Shown in pieces: positions 1 to 6,655 of a stretch of DNA of 32,000 nt. The translations under genes and the position numbers were made by a program. Source of the stretch: Nocardia nova NBRC 15556 (GTDB taxonomy: Bacteria; Actinomycetota; Actinomycetes; Mycobacteriales; Mycobacteriaceae); the NCBI RefSeq assembly GCF_001613005.1, contig NZ_BDBN01000040.1, positions 44,237 through 76,236 on the forward strand, written 5' to 3'. Under the pieces are notes generated by a model, which was given only the letters and a program-made list of their open reading frames with translations, did no database searches and was not told where the DNA came from. Numbering within the stretch: the stretch's first letter is position 1; each line of letters opens with the position of its first letter.

Positions 1-380
1 AGACCACGCCCGACCTGCTGGTCTGCGACGGCCAGGGCATCGCCCACCCGCGGCGCTTCGGGCTGGCGTGCCACCTGGGGGTGCTGACCGGCCTGCCGTC
101 GATCGGCGTCGCCAAGACGGTGTGGGGTCGATGCGACGAGCCCGATGCCGCGCGGGGTTCGGTATCCGACATCACGGTGGACGGCGAGGTGGTCGGCCGG
201 GCGCTGCGCACCCAGCCGGGGATCAAACCGGTGTACGTGTCGGTGGGCCATCGCATCTCCCTCGACACCGCGTGCGCCCAGGTTCTCGCGCTCGCGCCGA
301 AGTACCGCCAGCCGGAGACCACCCGCCGCGCCGACCATCTGTGCCGAACACTGTTGCGCGACAGCGTCGCTCGCGGCTAG
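1..380 (+). CDS. nfi: Endonuclease V (deoxyinosine 3' endonuclease), C-terminal part; the 5' end lies outside the window (frame 3, first full codon at nt 3)
   Basis: Translation from nt 3 reads TTPDLLVCDGQGIAHPRRFGLACHLGVLTGLPSIGVAKT...KPVYVSVGHRISL, which matches the conserved core of the endonuclease V family. Stop TAG at 378-380. Confidence 0.85.
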   Translation, partial: TTPDLLVCDGQGIAHPRRFGLACHLGVLTGLPSIGVAKTVWGRCDEPDAARGSVSDITVDGEVVGRALRTQPGIKPVYVSVGHRISLDTACAQVLALAPKYRQPETTRRADHLCRTLLRDSVARG

Positions 381-385
381 GGAAG

Positions 386-418
386 CACCCGGGCACAGCG
401 GGCGAGCAGCGCCGGGTG
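386..418 (+). terminator. Hairpin just downstream of nfi; possible terminator
   Basis: CACCCGG (386-392) is the exact reverse complement of CCGGGTG (412-418), giving a 7-bp stem and 19-nt loop 6 nt after the nfi stop. There is no U-tract, so terminator function is only inferred. Confidence 0.3.
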
Positions 419-805
419 GCAGCACCGAACCAGCCTACGAAGGCGACCATCGGCAACTTCATCGCTAATCGACGATTCGCGTTGCGCGGACCCGCGAGAT
501 TCGCCGAACACCACCGCCACCCGGAGCGACGGCAATCAATGTCCGGGCGGCGCCAGAGTCGAATGTCACCTCGTTTCAGATATTCGTTCTCGAATTGCGA
601 TCGCGCCTGATGCGGTCGATTGTTTTCCGTTTCGTCGTACCCGATCGAAGTAGCTGAAATCCGATGACTATTCGCCGATCGCCACCGGACGCGAACCCTT
701 TACTCCGATCCGCGTCGGCCGCGTCCGATCGCCGCGAACACTGCATATCAAGACGAACACCGCAGATCAGACGGCACGACAGGGGAACGGCCACCGGAGG
801 CGGAT

Positions 806-898
806 ATGACGAATCACGAAAGAGCAAGGCGCCGTCGAATTTCGCGCCCGATTCGTGCCTTGACGACCATCGCCGCCGGGCAGACGATAGACCGATGA
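806..898 (+). CDS. Candidate 30-codon upstream ORF / leader peptide (MTNHERARRRRISRPIRALTTIAAGQTIDR)
   Basis: GGAGG at 796-800 lies 5 nt upstream of ATG 806. The TGA stop (896-898) overlaps the ATG (895-897) of the next gene as ATGA. It is too short for the ORF track. GC3 is only about 63% and rare codons (AGA, CGA, ATA, ATT) are present, so coding status is uncertain. Confidence 0.25.
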   Translation: MTNHERARRRRISRPIRALTTIAAGQTIDR

Positions 899-1155
899 CC
901 GGCGATGAGGAATTGATTCAGGTCGAACAAGTCATCGAGCGAATGATCGCGCGCCACCCGTCCGTCCCGCCGGGGGACATAGAACTCATCGTGCGCGACA
1001 TCCACAAGCGCTTCTCCGATGCGCGAGTACACGACTTCGTCCCTCTGCTCGTCGAGAAGGCAGCACGGCAAGCGATCAGCATCCGGCCCGCAGGAACACC
1101 GGCATCCGCGTCTCGCACCCGTCCGCGCGGCACGCGCGCAGTGACGGTCATCTGA
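895..1155 (+). CDS. Small conserved hypothetical protein (86 aa, predicted helical)
   Basis: ATG 895 lies inside ORF 664-1155, whose upstream part is Arg-rich low complexity. MTGDEELIQVEQVIERMIARHPSVPPGDIELIVRDIHKRFSDARVHDFVPLLVEKAARQAI resembles, from memory, a short three-helix dimerisation-type domain found alone or fused to LMW-phosphatase/ArsC-like proteins in actinomycetes. I cannot verify the family here. Confidence 0.5.
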   Translation: MTGDEELIQVEQVIERMIARHPSVPPGDIELIVRDIHKRFSDARVHDFVPLLVEKAARQAISIRPAGTPASASRTRPRGTRAVTVI

Positions 1156-1167
1156 GGAGACGAGTAC

Positions 1168-2091
1168 GTGGGGAAGAAGTCCCGCCACGGCAAGCGCCGG
1201 GCCGACACCCCGGGGAACACGCTCACCGAGCGTTCCCACCGTCCGCCGCGAGGCTCGGCGGAGCTGTCCGGCGCGCAGGAATCCGCGGCGGCGAGGTCGA
1301 ACGAGCCGATATCGAACACGCCGATGTCGAACAAGGAGTACCGGCGGCTGCTGCGGCCGCTGCAGGCCGAACTGGTCGCCCTGCAGGAGTGGGTGAAGGA
1401 CTCCGGCGCGCGGATCTGCCTCGTCTTCGAGGGCCGCGACACGGCCGGTAAGGGGGGAGTCATCAAAGCCATCACCGCGCGCGTGAGCCCGCGGGTGTTC
1501 CGGGTCGTCGCCCTGCCCGCCCCCACCGAGCGGGAGAAGTCGCAGATGTACATCCAGCGCTATCTGCCGCATCTGCCGGCCGCCGGCGAGGTCGTCATCT
1601 TCGACCGCAGCTGGTACAACCGGGCCGGCGTCGAACGGGTGATGGGTTTCTGCACCGACGAGCAGGCCCGGCACTTCCTCGAGCTGATTCCGACGGTGGA
1701 ACGCGAGATCGTCGACTCGGGCGTCATCATGCTGAAGTACTGGCTGGAGGTCGGTCAGGACGAGCAGACGCGGCGGCTGCAGAGCCGCATCGACGACCCC
1801 CGCAAGATCTGGAAACTGTCGGATCTGGATCTGCGCTCCTACAGCCGCTGGTACGACTATTCGCGGGCACGGGACGAGATGTTCCACTTCACCGACACCG
1901 GCTGGGCGCCCTGGTATATCGCGGCCACCGACGACAAGAAGCGCGGCCGGCTCAACATCATCAGTCACCTCCTCGGCCGGATCGACTACGAGCCGCTCGA
2001 TCGGCCGCAGGTCGTGCTACCGGATCGGCAGAGCGCGAACGGCTATCGCGTCCCACCGCAGCCGCTGCACTGGATTCCGACGCCGTACTGA
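1168..2091 (+). CDS. ppk2: Polyphosphate kinase 2 (PPK2 family)
   Basis: Walker-A-like GRDTAGKGG and the PPK2 core ...RVVALPAPTEREKSQMYIQRYLPHLPAAGEVVIFDRSWYNRAGVERVMGF... GAGGAG (1154-1159) lies 8 nt before GTG 1168. Strong GC3 bias from 1168 supports the about 50-aa N-terminal extension. Alternative start: ATG 1324. Confidence 0.9.
   Translation: MGKKSRHGKRRADTPGNTLTERSHRPPRGSAELSGAQESAAARSNEPISNTPMSNKEYRRLLRPLQAELVALQEWVKDSGARICLVFEGRDTAGKGGVIKAITARVSPRVFRVVALPAPTEREKSQMYIQRYLPHLPAAGEVVIFDRSWYNRAGVERVMGFCTDEQARHFLELIPTVEREIVDSGVIMLKYWLEVGQDEQTRRLQSRIDDPRKIWKLSDLDLRSYSRWYDYSRARDEMFHFTDTGWAPWYIAATDDKKRGRLNIISHLLGRIDYEPLDRPQVVLPDRQSANGYRVPPQPLHWIPTPY
1291..1335 (+). repeat. About three tandem copies of a 15-nt unit inside the PPK2 5' region
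   Basis: The units are gcgaggTCGAACgag / ccgataTCGAACacg / ccgatgTCGAACaag. Copies 2 and 3 (1306-1320, 1321-1335) are 13/15 identical. They encode ARSNE-PISNT-PMSNK, and the ATG in copy 3 (1324) is the alternative PPK2 start. Confidence 0.6.
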
Positions 2092-2122
2092 GAGTTGCGA
2101 GCCGAGGGAGAGGACGAGCGTT

Positions 2123-4918
2123 ATGGCGGACACACAAGCGGTGCCCCGGAATCCGTCCGCCGGCGCACCGGCACCCGAACCTGCCGATTGGCACGCCCGC
2201 GACGCCGACGCGGTGGTGACTGCGCTCTCCTCGGACCGGCACGCCGGACTCACCACCGCCGCGGCCGAGCAGCGGCGTAAACGCTACGGCCCCAACGAAA
2301 TAGCCGCCGAGCCCGCACCGGCGCCGTGGGCCGTCGCGCTGCGACAGCTCCGCGATCCGATGAACCTGATGCTGGTCGCGGTGGTGGTGGTCAGCGTCGT
2401 CATCGGCGAGATTCCGACGGCCGTCGTGGTCGGGGTGCTGGTCGTGCTCAACGTCGTACTCGGCACGCGACAGGAACTCGTGGCGCGCGCGAGCGTGGAC
2501 GCGCTGGCGAAGATGCAGTCGCCGCAGGCGCGGGTGGTGCGCGACGGAGTGCTGACCCAGCTCGACGCGCTCGAGCTGGTGCCCGGCGATATCGTCCAGC
2601 TCGAAGCGGGCGATATCGTCCCCGCCGACGGCCGGCTCGTCACCTCCGCGACGCTGGAGACCCAGGAGGCGGCGCTCACCGGTGAAAGCGCCCCCGTGGC
2701 CAAGGATCCCGGCACTCTCGCCGCCGCGGACGTACCGCTCGGCGACCGCGGCGACATGGTCTATCAGAACACCTCGGTCACCCGGGGGACCGCCACCATG
2801 GTGGTCACCGAAACCGGGATGAACACCGAGATGGGCCGGATCGCGTCCATGCTGTCGGCGGTCCCCCCGTCGAGATCACCGCTGCAGCGTGAGCTGGATT
2901 CGCTGACGAAACTGCTCGGGGTGATCGCGTGGACGGCGGTGGCGATCATCGTGGTGATCGGTGCGCTGCGCGGCCAGGATGTGACAGCGGTACTACTGCT
3001 GGGCATTTCGATGGGCGTCTCCGCGATTCCCACCGGGCTGCCGACCTTCGTCCAGGCGATGCTGGCCTACGGCGCACGCCGCCTCGCCGACGCCAAGGCC
3101 GTGGTCAAGAACCTCACCGATGTCGAGACGCTGGGCGCGACCAGCGCGATCAACTCGGACAAGACCGGCACCCTGACCATGAACCAGATGACGGTGCGAT
3201 CGCTGTTCTTCCACTGCCGCTGGTACGGCGTGACCGGAGAGGGCTACAGCACATACGGAACGGTCACCGAGGCCGCGGGCGAAGGCGTCCCGGATTTCAG
3301 CCTGCTCGCCTATGGTCTGTGCCTGGACAGCGACGCCACCGTGTCCGACACCGGAGAGGTGGTCGGCGATCCGACCGAAGCGGCGCTGGTGGTACTGGCG
3401 GCCAAGCTCGGCATCGACGCTCCGCTCACCCGCCGCGCCTACCCGCGCATCGCCGCGGTGCCCTTCGACTCGGCCTACAAATTCATGGCCACCTTCCACC
3501 ATCTGCGCGTCGACGATCGGACTCGATTCGTCGAATTGGTCAAGGGCGCACCGGATATGGTCCTGGCCCGCTGCGCGAGCGCCTACCGCCCCGGCCGCAC
3601 GGAGGTGCCGATCGACGAGGCGCGCGCCGAGATCACCGCCGCGATGCACACCATGTCGGAGCAGGGCCTGCGCGTTCTCGCCTTTGCCGTCCGGATCCTC
3701 GACGGCCGGGTGGACGCCGCGCGGGCCGATCCCATGTCGCTGGTCGAGAATCTCACCTTCGTCGGCATGGTGGGTATCATCGACCCGCTGCGGCCCGAGG
3801 CGGTCGATTCGGTGCGCATCGCCCACGAGGCAGGGATCGACGTGCGCATGATAACCGGCGACCACGCGATCACCGCCGCCGCGATCGGAGCCGAACTCGG
3901 GCTGGGGCCGGGGGCGGTCGGCGGCGCGGAACTGCAAGCCATGACCGACGAGCAACTGGCCGAGGCGCTGCCGAATCTGCACGTGTTCGGCCGCGTGACC
4001 CCCGAGGACAAGCTGCGGCTGGCCGGCGTGATGCAGCGCGGCGGCGCGGTGGTGGCGATGACCGGTGACGCGGTCAACGATGCCGCCGCGTTGAAGAAGG
4101 CCGATATCGGCGTCGCGATGGGTTCGGGCAGCGAGGTCACCAAACAGGCCGGCAAAATGGTGCTCACCGACGACAACTTCGGGACGCTGATCACCGCGAT
4201 CCGCCTCGGCCGGGCCATCTACGACAAGATCGTGTCCTACATTCGGTATCAGATGTCGAAACTGTTCTCCCTGGTGCTGCTGTTCTTGGTGGCCAGCATC
4301 TTCGACATCAACCACGGCGTCGCGCTGACTCCGCTGATGGTGCTGTTCCAGCACTTCTTCATCACGCTGTTTCCGGTCGCCGTCATCATGACCGACCCGC
4401 CGCCGGCGAATCTGATGAACAAGCCGCCGCGCGATCCGGCGATGCCGATCGCCAACCGGACCGCGTTCGCGCAGTGGCTGGCCTACGGTGTGCTGCAGTT
4501 CGCGGTCGCCCTTGCCGCCATGCTGCTGGCTCCCGGCGAGATGAGTACGGACACCGCCTCGGTGCCGATGACGACGACCTTCGTGGTGCTGTCACTGGGT
4601 TCGGTCCTCGCCGGGCTCGCGATGCGTCGCGATCCCGAATCCGGTTTCACCGCACCGGTTCTCGGTGCGCTGAAGATCTTGTCGATCCCGGTCGTCGTCA
4701 CCGTGCTTGCCGTGGAATTGAGTTTCCTGCAGGATCTGCTGATGACGACATCGCTGACGGGTGGCCAGTGGCTGGCCTGTCTCGGCTGGTCGGTGCTGAT
4801 CCCGATCGCGATCGAGGCGGAGAAGGCGCTGCGGCGCAGGCGCATCCGCCACAACGCACCGCAAATTCCGCTCGATACTGCGGCCGCGGTGACGCCGCTG
4901 CGTGCCCGGGCGCACTGA
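2123..4918 (+). CDS. P-type (E1-E2) ATPase, P2-like architecture, with non-canonical transmembrane ion-site residues
   Basis: Contains the DKTGTLT phosphorylation motif, MITGDHAITA, the TGDAVNDAAALKKADIGVAMG hinge and an N-terminal cation-ATPase-N-like segment. GGGAGAGGA precedes ATG 2123. TM4 reads AIPTGLP rather than PEGLP. Confidence 0.9.
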   Translation: MADTQAVPRNPSAGAPAPEPADWHARDADAVVTALSSDRHAGLTTAAAEQRRKRYGPNEIAAEPAPAPWAVALRQLRDPMNLMLVAVVVVSVVIGEIPTAVVVGVLVVLNVVLGTRQELVARASVDALAKMQSPQARVVRDGVLTQLDALELVPGDIVQLEAGDIVPADGRLVTSATLETQEAALTGESAPVAKDPGTLAAADVPLGDRGDMVYQNTSVTRGTATMVVTETGMNTEMGRIASMLSAVPPSRSPLQRELDSLTKLLGVIAWTAVAIIVVIGALRGQDVTAVLLLGISMGVSAIPTGLPTFVQAMLAYGARRLADAKAVVKNLTDVETLGATSAINSDKTGTLTMNQMTVRSLFFHCRWYGVTGEGYSTYGTVTEAAGEGVPDFSLLAYGLCLDSDATVSDTGEVVGDPTEAALVVLAAKLGIDAPLTRRAYPRIAAVPFDSAYKFMATFHHLRVDDRTRFVELVKGAPDMVLARCASAYRPGRTEVPIDEARAEITAAMHTMSEQGLRVLAFAVRILDGRVDAARADPMSLVENLTFVGMVGIIDPLRPEAVDSVRIAHEAGIDVRMITGDHAITAAAIGAELGLGPGAVGGAELQAMTDEQLAEALPNLHVFGRVTPEDKLRLAGVMQRGGAVVAMTGDAVNDAAALKKADIGVAMGSGSEVTKQAGKMVLTDDNFGTLITAIRLGRAIYDKIVSYIRYQMSKLFSLVLLFLVASIFDINHGVALTPLMVLFQHFFITLFPVAVIMTDPPPANLMNKPPRDPAMPIANRTAFAQWLAYGVLQFAVALAAMLLAPGEMSTDTASVPMTTTFVVLSLGSVLAGLAMRRDPESGFTAPVLGALKILSIPVVVTVLAVELSFLQDLLMTTSLTGGQWLACLGWSVLIPIAIEAEKALRRRRIRHNAPQIPLDTAAAVTPLRARAH

Positions 4919-4927
4919 GGCGCGGCC

Positions 4928-6634
4928 GTGGGCTGGCGAGACAGTATCGGCCGGCTGCCCGGAATCGCGACCGCGCGTGGATATCACCGTGACTGGCTGC
5001 GCGCGGATGTGACCGCGGGCCTCGTCCTGACCGCGCTCCTGATTCCCGCGGGCATGGGCTACGCCGAAGCCGCCGGGCTGCCCGCCTACGCCGGCCTGTA
5101 CGCGACCATCGTTCCGCTGCTCGCCTACGCCGTGGTCGGCCCGTCGCGAATCCTCGTACTCGGCCCCGACTCGTCGCTGGCCCCGCTGATCGCGGCGGCG
5201 GTGCTGCCGCTGGCGGCCGCCGGTGATCCCCGCAGCGCCCTCGCGCTGGCGGGCGTACTGGCCGTACTCGTCGGCCTCATCCTGCTCGTCGGCGGTTTCC
5301 TGCGCCTCGGATTCGTCACCGAACTGCTGTCCAAACCCATCCGGCTGGGATATCTGAATGCCATCGCGCTGATCGTCGTCGTCGGGCAGGTGCCCAAACT
5401 GCTGGGATTCTCGGTCGAGGAGACCGGTCTGCTCGCCGAGATCGCGGCCATCGTCCGGGCGGTCTTCCACTCCGGCATCGAACCGGTCGCAGCGGCCGTC
5501 GGCATCGGATCACTCGCCGTCATCGTGATCTTCCGGATGTGGCTGCCGATCGTGCCGGGTGTGCTCGTCGCGGTCGTGGCCGGCATCGTGATCTCCGCGG
5601 CCGCCGGGCTCACCGACGAGATCGGGATGGTCGGCGCGTTGCCCGAGGGCCTGCCGCTGCCCTCGGTCGGCGGGGTCGGCCGGCACGAGGTCGCTCGCCT
5701 GATCGGGCCCGCGGCGGGTATCGCGCTGATCGCCTTCGCCGACAGCGGCGTCCTGTCGCGCACGTTCGCCTCGCGCCACGGCGAGGACGTCGACGGCAGT
5801 ACGGAAATGAAAGCGATCGGGGTCGCCAATGTGGCCGGCGGGCTGTTCGGCGGATTTCCCGTGTCCGCCAGCGGCTCTCGCACCCCCGTCGCCGAACAGA
5901 ACGGTGCGCATACGCAATTGGCGGGTGTGGTCGGAGCGGCCGCGGTGTTGCTGTTCGTCCTCATCGCCCCCGGACTCACGGCCTACCTTCCCGACGCGAC
6001 GCTCGCGGCGGTGGTGATCGTCGCGGCCACCGCGTTGATCGATGTGCGCGGCCTGGTCCGGATGTGGCGGATGAGCACGGTGGAATTCGGCCTCGCCGTG
6101 GCCGCGTTCCTGGGCGTCGCGCTGGTGGGCGTCCTGCAGGGCATTCTGGTCGCGATCGGGCTGTCGTTCGTCGCGGTGGTCGCGCGGGCCTGGCAGCCGT
6201 ACCGCACCGAACTCGTCGCCACCGCGGACCGGCCGGGTTTCCACGACATCGAACGCCACCCCGAGGGACACCGCTTCCCCGGCCTGGTGCTGGTGCGTTT
6301 CGACGCGCCCCTGTTCTTCGCCAACGGCCAGATCTTCGACGACTACGTGCGCTCGCTCGTCGCGCGGGCTCCGTACCCGGTCGAATGGGTGGTCGTCGCC
6401 GCCGAACCGATCACCGGCCTCGACACCACGGCCGTCGACGAACTCGTCGATCTCGACCGGTATCTCGAGGGCCGCGGGATCCGGCTGGCCTTCGCGGAGA
6501 TGAAAGGGCCGATCAAGGACACGATCATCCGCTTCGGCGTCGGCGACCGGTTCGACGCGACGCATTTCTACCCCACCGTCGACGCAGCGGTCGATGCCTT
6601 CCAGCACCGATCCGATCACACGACCGATACCTGA
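4928..6634 (+). CDS. SulP-family inorganic anion transporter with C-terminal STAS domain
   Basis: The N-terminus is polytopic and hydrophobic (GLVLTALLIPAGMGYAEAAGLP..., GFPVSASGSRTPV...). The C-terminal STAS-like domain reads LVLVRFDAPLFFANGQIF...LAFAEMKGPIKD. GTG start lies 9 nt after the ATPase stop. Confidence 0.9.
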   Translation: MGWRDSIGRLPGIATARGYHRDWLRADVTAGLVLTALLIPAGMGYAEAAGLPAYAGLYATIVPLLAYAVVGPSRILVLGPDSSLAPLIAAAVLPLAAAGDPRSALALAGVLAVLVGLILLVGGFLRLGFVTELLSKPIRLGYLNAIALIVVVGQVPKLLGFSVEETGLLAEIAAIVRAVFHSGIEPVAAAVGIGSLAVIVIFRMWLPIVPGVLVAVVAGIVISAAAGLTDEIGMVGALPEGLPLPSVGGVGRHEVARLIGPAAGIALIAFADSGVLSRTFASRHGEDVDGSTEMKAIGVANVAGGLFGGFPVSASGSRTPVAEQNGAHTQLAGVVGAAAVLLFVLIAPGLTAYLPDATLAAVVIVAATALIDVRGLVRMWRMSTVEFGLAVAAFLGVALVGVLQGILVAIGLSFVAVVARAWQPYRTELVATADRPGFHDIERHPEGHRFPGLVLVRFDAPLFFANGQIFDDYVRSLVARAPYPVEWVVVAAEPITGLDTTAVDELVDLDRYLEGRGIRLAFAEMKGPIKDTIIRFGVGDRFDATHFYPTVDAAVDAFQHRSDHTTDT

Positions 6635-6655
6635 GCGCCCGGGACGAGGCCTGCC

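Noticed and set aside
770-835. Weak resemblance to the Mn2+ (yybP-ykoY) riboswitch. GGGGAAC and AGAGCAAGGC are flanked by complementary GACGGC/GCCGTC, upstream of a P-type ATPase block.
   Set aside because: The element would be only about 66 nt, against about 100 or more for the four-way-junction aptamer. It lacks the conserved UUGACAUA-type segment. It also encloses the SD and ATG of the candidate uORF. I judge it a coincidence unless cmsearch says otherwise.
381-894. Search for a DosR-type palindrome (GGGACT-N-AGTCCC), prompted by the ctpF-like ATPase and stress-type genes downstream.
   Set aside because: No such 20-bp palindrome is present. Only unrelated GGACCC and GTCCGGG fragments occur, about 60 nt apart.
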